From the NCBI GenBank assembly GCA_052033375.1, contig JBPOJQ010000014.1, positions 342 to 64,341 on the forward strand: 64,000 nt of DNA, read 5' to 3'. Every line of letters begins with the position of its first letter. The first letter of the stretch is position 1. A program made the position numbers and the translations under genes. Under the pieces are notes generated by a model. It worked only from the letters and a program-made list of their open reading frames with translations, was not told the DNA's origin and made no database searches. Of the stretch, positions 1-9,037 are shown one piece after another. Source of the stretch: Candidatus Magasanikiibacteriota bacterium. Lineage in GTDB: Bacteria; Patescibacteriota; Patescibacteriia; Magasanikbacterales; UBA922.

Positions 1-108
1 AACATATTGTGTATTAAGCGGTCGATTTTCCACTGATTTTCGAAACGCATCGGTTGTATCCCAATGTTTCAATATTTCAAGCTCTTGTTCTTGTGCATTA
101 TATGGCAT
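1..108 (-). CDS. ileS: Isoleucyl-tRNA synthetase, N-terminal fragment (runs off window)
   Basis: Manual translation from ATG at 108: MPYNAQEQELEILKHWDTTDAFRKSVENRPLNTQYV, resembling the E-x-ILxxW..F.KS N-terminus of class Ia IleRS/ValRS; upstream T-box carries an AUC (Ile) specifier. Confidence 0.8.
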   Translation of the reverse strand, partial: MPYNAQEQELEILKHWDTTDAFRKSVENRPLNTQYV

Positions 109-164
109 ATAAAAATAGTCAAAAGTCGTAAAGTCCAAAGTCTCAAAGTAAAGATTGGAGACCA

Positions 165-369
165 AAAAAACAAAAAGCTACCCTATCTGCAGGAGCCAGG
201 CCAGGCCGGGCGGTACCATCCTGCTTCTACGATTGGTAGCACTTATTTGCAGCTATTACGGGCATACCCGAGAGGTTCTACTCCCCTATATTCTAGGGTT
301 TCTTCCTCTGGCGCTTCTCATTTACGAGAATTTCTGTTGATTGCAGAAAAATGCGCTTCTTTTATTGTA
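165..369 (-). promoter_or_regulatory. T-box riboswitch (Ile), ultrashort Stem I type, with intrinsic terminator
   Basis: Minus strand: UUUCUG-CAAUCAA-CAGAAA specifier hairpin (AUC at 341-339); Stem II AGAGG-AAGAA...AGUAGAA-CCUCU; CGGG-UAUG-CCCGUAAUAGC; antiterminator GCAGGA-UGGUACC-GCC...GGC-UCCUGC; then hairpin plus U-tract. Confidence 0.9.
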
Positions 370-375
370 GTGTAC

Positions 376-404
376 ACTGTACAAGATTATGTGCGAAAAG
401 TCAA
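376..404 (-). promoter_or_regulatory. sigma70-type promoter for the T-box/ileS transcript
   Basis: TTGACT-17 nt-TACAGT on minus strand, just upstream of the T-box. Confidence 0.55.
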
Positions 405-407
405 AAA

Positions 408-857
408 TTACAGCCCAAAATTCTTCTTCAAAACTGCCTTATAAATACTATCTCGACTAACAACCCCAACGACTTTTCCATTTTCCACTACTGGTAGTCG
501 ATTGACATCATGCGCAAGCATGAGTGCGCCTGCTTTCATAATTGGATCATCTGGAGTGACAGTCAAAATATCTCGTTTCATAAACACCTCCACTTTAGTA
601 TCCCGAATATCACGCGCTTTTGATTCCCGCGCTTCCATATCCGTATAGCTCTCTGGGCTATCATAAAAGCTCTTGTACCACGGGTAGAGTATCCGCACAA
701 TATCTTTTTCTGATACAAATCCTACTACGCGTCCATGTACATCAAGTACCGGAACACCAGTGACCTGATTCGTATACAAAAGACGTGCAACGTGTTCATA
801 GGTAGTATCAGGTGTTACGGATACTACATTGGCGTCCATCAATTCTTTGACTTTCAT
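408..857 (-). CDS. CBS-domain pair protein
   Basis: Two CBS repeats (V.ELM..NVVSV.PD; LPVVENGKVVGVVSR). Confidence 0.9.
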   Translation of the reverse strand: MKVKELMDANVVSVTPDTTYEHVARLLYTNQVTGVPVLDVHGRVVGFVSEKDIVRILYPWYKSFYDSPESYTDMEARESKARDIRDTKVEVFMKRDILTVTPDDPIMKAGALMLAHDVNRLPVVENGKVVGVVSRDSIYKAVLKKNFGL

Positions 858-1054
858 ATGGAGGGGGTTAAAAGTAAAGAATACAATGATTGATATATTG
901 AATCGTCACGCAATAAAGGTGCCTACTATTTTTATAGTAGTCCTATATCAAAACAAAGTCAAAATTATTTTCCTTTTGTTGCCTCTTTACCAAATTACAT
1001 AAACATTGCTATACTTTTACATACGATACATCTCACATACGTGAACATATTTGT

Positions 1055-1513
1055 ATGTACTCAGGACCACTCTATATCGCAGGAGATCACGGCGGATACG
1101 CTCTCAAAAAACGTCTTATTCGGTTTGTTGAAAATGAACTTGCTCGCCCTATTACAGATCTAGGACCCGTAGAACATGTAGATCACGATGATTATACTGA
1201 TTATGCATTTCCTCTTGCCACGCAAGTTGCGACAGAACATGCCCGTGGAATTCTCATATGCCGGAATGGTATTGGAGTCTGTATGGCAGCAAATAAAGTT
1301 ACAGGAATACGCGCTGGGATTGGCTACAATATAGCTGCAGCTGAATCTATGATGAAAGATGATAATACAAATGTACTATGTCTAGCAGCCGACCATCTTT
1401 CAGAAGATTTTGCTATGGCAATTGTAAAAAGATGGCTTGAAACCCCTTTTAGTGAAGCCGAACGGCATGTGCGGAGACTGGATAAAATCGAAGAATTTGA
1501 ACAGAGTGTATGA
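1055..1513 (+). CDS. rpiB: Ribose-5-phosphate isomerase B
   Basis: DHGG, GILIC.NGIG..MAANKV.GIR, RH.RR motifs. Confidence 0.92.
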   Translation: MYSGPLYIAGDHGGYALKKRLIRFVENELARPITDLGPVEHVDHDDYTDYAFPLATQVATEHARGILICRNGIGVCMAANKVTGIRAGIGYNIAAAESMMKDDNTNVLCLAADHLSEDFAMAIVKRWLETPFSEAERHVRRLDKIEEFEQSV

Positions 1514-2157
1514 TTGATATCATCCCTTCGATTCTAGTCAAAACCAAAAGCGAATTTTTATCTCAAATTTCTCTAGTGGATCATGCGGTCACTCACCTCC
1601 AGCTCGATATTGCAGATGGAAATTTTGTTCCGAATACCACGTGGAGTGAGCCGGAAATTATCCGCCATAGTGAAGGATACACATTTGAACTCCATCTCAT
1701 GGTCGAGCATCCGCTCGAAGTTATTGCGGAATGGAGTACTGTAACAAATGTCACCAGATATATCGTCCATTTTGAATCTGAGGACAACATTGAAGAAGTC
1801 ATATCTCATATACAAGCATCTATTGGACTGAAGAGAGAAGTCTTCATTGCACTCAATCCTGAAACACGGCTAAGTGCACTCGAAAGAATTGCCGATCGAA
1901 TTGATGGTGTGTTGTTTATGGGCGTCACTCCTGGGTTTCAAGGACAAACATTAATTCCTGCAGTTCTTGAAAAAATCACTCAGTGTAGAACCATACATCC
2001 TCATTTGTACACTGAGCTAGATGGTGGTGTGCATGAAGATACGCTCGAAGCGATCACTGGAAGTGGTGTTCATGCGATTTGTCCGGGGAGCCTCGTATTC
2101 CACCGGAAAACTAGCCCACGTGAACAAATCTTATTTATCAAAAACCAATTAGCGTAA
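1510..2157 (+). CDS. rpe: Ribulose-phosphate 3-epimerase
   Basis: PSIL, DIADG.FVPN, HLMV, MGV.PGF.GQ, DGG motifs; follows rpiB. Confidence 0.9.
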   Translation: MIDIIPSILVKTKSEFLSQISLVDHAVTHLQLDIADGNFVPNTTWSEPEIIRHSEGYTFELHLMVEHPLEVIAEWSTVTNVTRYIVHFESEDNIEEVISHIQASIGLKREVFIALNPETRLSALERIADRIDGVLFMGVTPGFQGQTLIPAVLEKITQCRTIHPHLYTELDGGVHEDTLEAITGSGVHAICPGSLVFHRKTSPREQILFIKNQLA

Positions 2158-2167
2158 ACAAATATAT

Positions 2168-3133
2168 ATGTCTCAAAAAAATGAACTTCTTGACCTTGTC
2201 ATTATCGGAGCTGCTGCTGCTGGATGTGCTGCGGCAGTATATGCTGCACGAAGAAATTTGAAATTCGCTGTAGTTACCAAAGATATTGGTGGAGAAGTTG
2301 CTCTTTCGGGAGAAGTGGAAAACTGGCCAGGTATTATTCATACCACTGGTTTTGAACTTGCTCAACAATTTTACAAACACATAGAATCCTATGGTGTTAA
2401 AGCAGATGTAGGATATGCAGTGACTGGAATTGAAAAAGAGGCAAATTATTTTATTGTCAAAACTGAGGATTATTCAAAAAAAGAAATGTTGTACTACACA
2501 AAAACAGTAATCATCGGGAGTGGTATTCACCCACGAGAACTGGGAATTCCTGGAGAAAAGGAATTGCGTGGTAAAGGCGTTACGTATTGCACTGTATGTG
2601 ATGGTCCACTGTACCGAGGAAAAATAACCACAACCATCGGAGCTGGAAATGCTGCCCTCGAATCAGCCCTCATGATGTCTGAACTTGCAACCAAAGTATA
2701 TTGTATTACCAAATTTTCAAATACCACAGAAACCAATGGCGGATTCCCCAAAGGGGAAAATATCTTGATTGATAAAGTAAAAAAAGCCAAGAATGTCGAA
2801 ATCATATACGCCGCAAAAACTACTGAAATCCTGGGTTCTGAGAATGTGACTGGGGTGACCTATACGGATGTTACTGGCAGTACACAAACAATTGAAACCA
2901 ATGGTGTTATGGTGCACATTGGAAATATCCCTAATTCAAGCTTTGCCACGGCTGTTGAACGCACACCTCTCGGAGAAATCAAGGTTGATCTCAAATGCGC
3001 TACATCGATCCCTGGAATTTTTGCTGCAGGAGACGTGACCACGGTTCCCTACAAACAAATTGTCATTGCAGCTGGACAGGGAGTCACAGCCGCACTTTCA
3101 GCGATTGAATATATCAACAAATGGGAAGCATAA
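2168..3133 (+). CDS. trxB: Thioredoxin-disulfide reductase
   Basis: FAD-binding start, CTVCDG active site, GIFAAGD, KQ...AAGQG. Confidence 0.9.
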   Translation: MSQKNELLDLVIIGAAAAGCAAAVYAARRNLKFAVVTKDIGGEVALSGEVENWPGIIHTTGFELAQQFYKHIESYGVKADVGYAVTGIEKEANYFIVKTEDYSKKEMLYYTKTVIIGSGIHPRELGIPGEKELRGKGVTYCTVCDGPLYRGKITTTIGAGNAALESALMMSELATKVYCITKFSNTTETNGGFPKGENILIDKVKKAKNVEIIYAAKTTEILGSENVTGVTYTDVTGSTQTIETNGVMVHIGNIPNSSFATAVERTPLGEIKVDLKCATSIPGIFAAGDVTTVPYKQIVIAAGQGVTAALSAIEYINKWEA

Positions 3134-3135
3134 GA

Positions 3136-3227
3136 AAATTATTCTAATTGCATTAGTAGACCGGCACACACAGAGACTACGAATATTTTTTATACCAATG
3201 TAGCGTAATTAGAAATTAGAATAATTT
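3136..3227. repeat. Intergenic inverted repeat (14-bp perfect arms)
   Basis: AAATTATTCTAATT (3136-3149) / AATTAGAATAATTT (3214-3227). Confidence 0.7.
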
Positions 3228-3314
3228 ACAGTTTGTTATTTACTCTCATTTTGTTATACTTATACTCATATTACAGCTTTGTGCTTTTACTTTTGAGCTT
3301 TAAGTTTGAAATTT

Positions 3315-3623
3315 ATGTTCCTCGAATCAGTATTTCCTGTACTTCCATCTTCGATAACAGAAATCCTCGTATATGTTTCGGCTTTTTTAGGTATCCTGCT
3401 TTTGTCCTATGGAGTCTTTCTCGAGGCTGAAAGAAGACAAGACTTGGTATTTTTTCTCGGTGCCTCATGTCTTCTTGTCTATGCGATCTATATCTCCAAT
3501 GTGATTTTTGTAATCGCAATGGGGGCATTTGCACTCAACTCAATGATAGAATTTATTGAGATACTCGTCGGTCTCCACACACACGACCCTGTACAGTTGG
3601 AGCGTATAAAAAAACTACGTTAA
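3315..3623 (+). CDS. Small multi-pass membrane protein, unknown function
   Basis: Three hydrophobic segments; 5 nt upstream of pfkB-family gene. Confidence 0.7.
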   Translation: MFLESVFPVLPSSITEILVYVSAFLGILLLSYGVFLEAERRQDLVFFLGASCLLVYAIYISNVIFVIAMGAFALNSMIEFIEILVGLHTHDPVQLERIKKLR

Positions 3624-3628
3624 ACGAT

Positions 3629-4600
3629 ATGTACGATCTAGTTACCATTGGCGATTCCACCATCGACATGTTCCTTCTCATTAATGAAGCCACCCTTAAT
3701 TGCGATGTTAAAACCAATGAATGCAAGCTCTGTTTTACCTATGCAGAAAAAATTCCGATCGATGGAGCCATCCAATCGATTGGCGGGAACGCTGCGAATG
3801 TGGCTGCTGGAGGCGCAAAATTGGGCCTACGCACAGCGATTATGACCGAGGTGGGAGATGATATCAATGGACTCCTTATTGCAGAGGATTTAAAGCAAAT
3901 CGGAGTAGATACAAGCCATATACATACTCGCAAAGGCACGGAAACACGTTATTCAGTCGTACTGAATTACAAAAGTGAGCGGACTATTCTCTCATATCAC
4001 ACTCCACACACATACCAGAGACCACACATACCAGAGACCACAGCTCTCTACTATACTTCTCTTGGAAAAACATTTGAGCGGATTCAAAATAGTGTTCTCG
4101 CGTACAAAAAGAAACACCCACACACGCTCCTTGCGTGCAACCCAGGATCATACCAACTAGGAGAAGGATTGCGACAGATACGCAACATAATACCTTTTGT
4201 CGATATTCTCTTTGTAAACAAACAGGAAGCCGAAAAAATAACGGACACTCATGCAGATATCCAGAAACTCACAGACCAGCTCCATGCAATGGGTGTACGA
4301 ATTGTGGCAATTACTGACGGGTCGCAGGGATCATACGTTTCAGACGGATCGGCGCGCTATCACATGCCTCGATATCCTGTAAAAACGATATCACGGACAG
4401 GCGCAGGAGATGCATATGCCACTGGTTTCATCGCTGCACGTCTCATGGGATGCACCATTCCCGAGGCAATGCGTTGGGGCAGTGCAAATGCTGCAAGCGT
4501 AGTCGGTCAATTTGGCGGACAAACAGGCCTCCTTTCCAAAAAACAAATCAATTCTCTTCTGAAAAAACACAGCTCAATTAAGCCAAAACTTCTTGTTTAA
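3629..4600 (+). CDS. PfkB-family carbohydrate kinase
   Basis: GGNAANVA, N..EA, TGAGDAY..GF motifs. Confidence 0.9.
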   Translation: MYDLVTIGDSTIDMFLLINEATLNCDVKTNECKLCFTYAEKIPIDGAIQSIGGNAANVAAGGAKLGLRTAIMTEVGDDINGLLIAEDLKQIGVDTSHIHTRKGTETRYSVVLNYKSERTILSYHTPHTYQRPHIPETTALYYTSLGKTFERIQNSVLAYKKKHPHTLLACNPGSYQLGEGLRQIRNIIPFVDILFVNKQEAEKITDTHADIQKLTDQLHAMGVRIVAITDGSQGSYVSDGSARYHMPRYPVKTISRTGAGDAYATGFIAARLMGCTIPEAMRWGSANAASVVGQFGGQTGLLSKKQINSLLKKHSSIKPKLLV

Positions 4601-4668
4601 GACTTGACAAAGAAACTGTTTTGTGATACAAAGTAGCGAATATTTTTGATCCATAAGTGTTGCCGCCT

Positions 4669-5967
4669 ATGTCTTCGAAACATAAGCAGAACATCATACT
4701 CTACGTAGGAAAGATCCAGCCATACATGATCACCTCTCTCCGTGCGTACGAAAAAGAAAGTAAGCGTAAATTTCGCATTGCGCTTTTGTATGATGCAAAA
4801 GAAAAACGCCACGCACCAACTGATGACTTATTGAAAAGTATAGATATCGCACTCACCTGTGACACATTCTCGGAGCGAGCAATACAGGAAATACTGTTAC
4901 CTTACGAAGATCAGTTGCTCGCTATCTCATGTCGCGGAGAAGACTATATGGAAATGTTTGCTCGGGTTATCCCATTTGTACCATATTTGCGTACCCCCAC
5001 CACCGAATCACTCCGCTGGGCTTCTGATAAACTCAGTATGCGGAGACGACTCTACACCTATAACAAAAAAATCGCACCTGAATATACTGTTGTGAGCGAT
5101 ACAACTAAAGCTTCACTCGAACGAATCGAACAAAAGGTTGGATTCCCTCTGGTTGTAAAACCAACAGGTCTTGCTGCTAGCAGACTCGTAACCATTTGTT
5201 TTCACAAAGAGGAACTTGAAACGAATCTTAAAAAGGTATTTAAAAAAATCAATTCCGTGTACGAAGAAACTGGGGGTAATTGGAAACCTCAGGTATTGGT
5301 AGAGAGATTCATGGATGGTGATATGTATTCAATTGATGCATATGTTTCAGGTAGAGGAAAAGTCTATTTTGTTCCCATGGTGCATGTAAAAACTGGTCGA
5401 TCAATCGGATTTGATGACTTTTTTGGATATCAACAGATGACCCCAACAGGTCTCAATAAAGAAAGTACTGCTGCCGCTCGCGATGTCGCACGCCAGGCAA
5501 TCAAAGCTCTTGCACTTCGTAGCACTACTGCACATATCGAACTCATGAAGACTGAGAGTGGGTGGAAAATTATCGAACTTGCAGCTAGAGTAGGCGGATA
5601 TCGACAACAAATGTATGAATATTCTTACGGTATCAACCATACGGCCAACGATATTCTCATCCGAATACCAGAACAGGTCCATATCAAAAGAAAAATTAAA
5701 GGACATACGGTATACATGAAATTTTTTGCAAAAAAAGAAGGATATCTCAGCAAGCTTATCGGAATCAAACGTGCACAAGAGCTCAAATCTTTCAAAGAAA
5801 TCATTGTAAACAAAAAAATTGGTGATTTATGCACCTATGCCAAGCATGGTGGAACGAGTGTGTTTAATATTCTCCTCTTTAATCCAGAAAAATCAGAACT
5901 TCTTGCAGATATTAGACGTTTGGAACAAATGGTCGAGATCGAAACAGAAACAAAAAAACCAGAGTAA
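4669..5967 (+). CDS. ATP-grasp domain protein (amino acid ligase-like)
   Basis: DK..MR, GFPLVVKP, VLVERF, H.E.M...IIELAAR.GG. Confidence 0.85.
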   Translation: MSSKHKQNIILYVGKIQPYMITSLRAYEKESKRKFRIALLYDAKEKRHAPTDDLLKSIDIALTCDTFSERAIQEILLPYEDQLLAISCRGEDYMEMFARVIPFVPYLRTPTTESLRWASDKLSMRRRLYTYNKKIAPEYTVVSDTTKASLERIEQKVGFPLVVKPTGLAASRLVTICFHKEELETNLKKVFKKINSVYEETGGNWKPQVLVERFMDGDMYSIDAYVSGRGKVYFVPMVHVKTGRSIGFDDFFGYQQMTPTGLNKESTAAARDVARQAIKALALRSTTAHIELMKTESGWKIIELAARVGGYRQQMYEYSYGINHTANDILIRIPEQVHIKRKIKGHTVYMKFFAKKEGYLSKLIGIKRAQELKSFKEIIVNKKIGDLCTYAKHGGTSVFNILLFNPEKSELLADIRRLEQMVEIETETKKPE

Positions 5968-5980
5968 TCCTCTGGTTTTT
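5955..5980. terminator. Bidirectional intrinsic terminator
   Basis: AAAACCAGAG-loop-CTCTGGTTTT between convergent genes. Confidence 0.6.
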
Positions 5981-5992
5981 GATTTTTTACCC

Positions 5993-7399
5993 TTATTTCT
6001 GTTCTAGATTTTCCAGATCTTTATCACCAATTCCCAGCTGACTCATAATCCATAGATGCCTCTCATTTGATGGATCATATTTTCCAATACTAAACCTGTC
6101 CATCTCAGCGGGATTTTGTTTTACCACATTCCACACTGCCATATTTCCTTCGTGATATACAAGATCTTTGGTATAGCATGTGCCTGGAGTTTTTCCATCA
6201 GTTCCTCTAAATGTCCGCATAGTTCTGCTCCACGCTTTTGTCTGCGCCTCTTTCTTTGCATCCGTCACTGTTCTACCTTTAGACAACACTTCGTCGAGTG
6301 TATGGTATTTCTCAAGCACAGAATACACCCCTCTAAAGTTGCGCTTCTCTCCATCAAGTCCGTATGCAAGACCAATGCCTAAATATCCTTCGAGTCCTAT
6401 AAATCCGTCTATTTTCCCCATGATACTCTGTTCTCTGAGTGTTGCTACTCCCTCTTCACCTTTTAAATATCGATCTAGGCCCAATCCTAGTAATTTCAGG
6501 TGCGTCCGTTCTCCATTTTTTCTGCGAGCAATATGTGTACCGACTTCATGCGCTACCAAACCTTCGAGTGCTTTTTTTACCACTGAGTAGTTTACAGGTA
6601 TTTCTACTTTTTTATTTTCTTGACTCACATGTACGCTTGTCCGACTTCCTTCTACTCGTTCCACAGACCAATCATCTGCTTGTAATTTTTGCAAAGCTTC
6701 ACCAAATAATGTAGCTATCTCTTCTGATTCTATTTTTTTATCTGAAACATCATCAATCGAAAGAGTAACGAGATCATGCACTTCTTTAAGCGTTGCTTCT
6801 TTTGCGGCAGTAATACTCTCAGTATCAGGAAGCTCAAAACTCGCCGGTGTTATATGACCAAAGATTGAATCAAGCTCTCCTGCCAGGACGCGGACTTCGT
6901 CTTGTTCATGTGTTTTTGCTCGCTCTATTTTTTTCTGCACCAGACCAACAATATAATTAAATATTTCTATATTCGGTTTTCCATTTACAAATTCATTATA
7001 TCGTTTGAATAGTCGCGCATCCCCTTTTTCAGCCATCTGTAACATGCGTATTTCTACCAATTTTTCATTTATTTTCCATCGATATACCTGCTTTACCACT
7101 TCATTTTCTTCGAGATTAATGATTTCATTTTTCAGCTCAAGCAAGCTTTTCTCTCGTGCAACAAGCTCTTCTTGATCGAGTTTGGGATATTCAAGTACGG
7201 GGTCTTGTATCTCTCCAGAAATAAATTTCTTTTTTTGTTCTTCAAAGCGAGCAAAGGCCTCAGGGTATTCTTCTTTTTTAATCTCAAAAGAAGTATATCC
7301 TTCGAAAGATCCTATTTTTTCAAATCTGTCGTACCAATTAGCGTCCAAAATTTCCCTCTGTGCTTCTGGGGGCACGTACCCTCTTCCTAATTCTCCCAT
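5993..7399 (-). CDS. DUF1704 / MATCAP-like HExxxH metallo-carboxypeptidase
   Basis: AHEVGTH, EEGVA (QEGLA-like), R.FRG and TKD.VY.EG motifs. Confidence 0.75.
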   Translation of the reverse strand: MGELGRGYVPPEAQREILDANWYDRFEKIGSFEGYTSFEIKKEEYPEAFARFEEQKKKFISGEIQDPVLEYPKLDQEELVAREKSLLELKNEIINLEENEVVKQVYRWKINEKLVEIRMLQMAEKGDARLFKRYNEFVNGKPNIEIFNYIVGLVQKKIERAKTHEQDEVRVLAGELDSIFGHITPASFELPDTESITAAKEATLKEVHDLVTLSIDDVSDKKIESEEIATLFGEALQKLQADDWSVERVEGSRTSVHVSQENKKVEIPVNYSVVKKALEGLVAHEVGTHIARRKNGERTHLKLLGLGLDRYLKGEEGVATLREQSIMGKIDGFIGLEGYLGIGLAYGLDGEKRNFRGVYSVLEKYHTLDEVLSKGRTVTDAKKEAQTKAWSRTMRTFRGTDGKTPGTCYTKDLVYHEGNMAVWNVVKQNPAEMDRFSIGKYDPSNERHLWIMSQLGIGDKDLENLEQK

Positions 7400-7434
7400 A
7401 TGTGTTGGTTAATTATTTTTGTTTAACATGAACC

Positions 7435-8139
7435 TTATATTCCCCATCGAACTTTCCTCTCTTCTCTTTTCCCCTCATAATATGCTGGCATCTGACGTAT
7501 CTCTCCTATCTCTATCCGTGGACCGAGCATTGCAATACTATGTTCAATTCCTGTGATTTTACTCTTGATATCCTGTGCCAAATCACGATGATCTTCACTC
7601 TGATTTTCAGCAAGATCATGAAGTGATCTTAGTACCTCATTCACTTCTTCAATCATTTTACCGTAGTATTCAATCTTTTCTTCATATGTTTTTCGGTCGT
7701 GAGTCAGTACAGCCTGCATAGCATAGCGACGAATATCATGCTTTAGATCTACCAACAATTCACCCAGCTCCTGCTTTTCAGCATGATCGAAATGTTCCGG
7801 CAGTGCCCCGCGGCATACTGGTCCAAAGCCTCCACCCAGTTCACACACCAGCATGTATTTTTTTCGTAAACTGGGAGAAGCTTTTTGTATGAAAAATTTA
7901 TCCCCCATTATTTTTTCATGATGTTCGACCATTTCTTCGAATGCCCTCATATAGGGCCACAACTTCATCCCATGTTCTACCATTGATTGTTCCACTTCGG
8001 AAAGAGAAATATCTTCCGTTCTATATAGACGATCAATCTCTACTTCCAGATTTTGTTTCAGATTTTGAGGAACTAATGGAGGAAGACGATGAAGAATTGT
8101 TTCGTAAATGGTAAGCGTATGTTGAATGATGGGTTGCAT
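7435..8139 (-). CDS. Helical hypothetical protein
   Basis: Long ORF, no recognised motif. Confidence 0.7.
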   Translation of the reverse strand: MQPIIQHTLTIYETILHRLPPLVPQNLKQNLEVEIDRLYRTEDISLSEVEQSMVEHGMKLWPYMRAFEEMVEHHEKIMGDKFFIQKASPSLRKKYMLVCELGGGFGPVCRGALPEHFDHAEKQELGELLVDLKHDIRRYAMQAVLTHDRKTYEEKIEYYGKMIEEVNEVLRSLHDLAENQSEDHRDLAQDIKSKITGIEHSIAMLGPRIEIGEIRQMPAYYEGKREERKVRWGI

Positions 8140-8238
8140 AGTGGTGATAGTATAGCATATCAAAACGACGCACGACACACACAGCACAACAAGATACTTA
8201 TTGGTCGTGTTCCCATGAGTCGCGTATTGTTTTCTCCT

Positions 8239-8907
8239 TTAGAAGGATAAGTTATCTCTCCACCGTATATATAACTCTTTCGTTGCATGCAGATCTCCCG
8301 CGCAGTATTCTGCAATCTCCTTGCATTTTCCTGATTGAAACATGGGCAATACTTCATGCCCGTTCACCCCATTTGATTTAGGTGACTTGATTCCAAATGC
8401 TTTACAATAGAAATCAAGATTAAACTTACGATAGGCGTTGTAGAAGGTCAATTGCTCGAGTAAATCTACATGCGCATCAGTGCTATATCGATAGGGTGCT
8501 AAATTTTTGGTAGGTTTTACTCCAAGCATTGCTGATCGGAGCATGAGCACCGGACAATCAAACCCCCGCCCATTAAACGTTACAAATTTGTGAGAAAACG
8601 AAATGGCTTTCCAGAATTTTTCTAAAATTTCTTTTTCAGTCCCACACTCATATTTGATACCCTCTTTTTCGTATGGGTCAACCGTCTCTCCTGAGGTTTG
8701 AAAATATACAGCACCTTTCCCACTCTCAACTGAGAGCATACCAATCGCAACGATTCTGTTGGTTGGAGCCCAAAGTGCCATTTGTTGTTTTATCTTCTCT
8801 TCATCTTCTCCGTTTTCTGCAAACTTAAGCAAATAACTTTTTTGATCTTCATCCAATGTGTCGAAAGACACGGGAATAGTTTCGATATCGAATACTACTG
8901 TATTCAT
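8239..8907 (-). CDS. PolB-like/DEDD 3'-5' exonuclease domain protein
   Basis: VFDIET, TFNGRGFD, H.DL, YC..D motifs. Confidence 0.85.
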   Translation of the reverse strand: MNTVVFDIETIPVSFDTLDEDQKSYLLKFAENGEDEEKIKQQMALWAPTNRIVAIGMLSVESGKGAVYFQTSGETVDPYEKEGIKYECGTEKEILEKFWKAISFSHKFVTFNGRGFDCPVLMLRSAMLGVKPTKNLAPYRYSTDAHVDLLEQLTFYNAYRKFNLDFYCKAFGIKSPKSNGVNGHEVLPMFQSGKCKEIAEYCAGDLHATKELYIRWRDNLSF

Positions 8908-9037
8908 ACATGTATTTATTACCCCACTTAATAACATACTTAACACTATACGACACCTGTTGATTTTTAGCAAAAATGTGTTAGGATATACTGATATATC
9001 CTACATTGATCTGTTCTAACTACCCTAGACAATCTCT

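Noticed and set aside
64-444. Plus-strand ORFs 64-444 and 155-340; also first considered as 6S RNA
   Set aside because: They lie antisense to the T-box and ileS start; the T-box motifs explain the sequence fully
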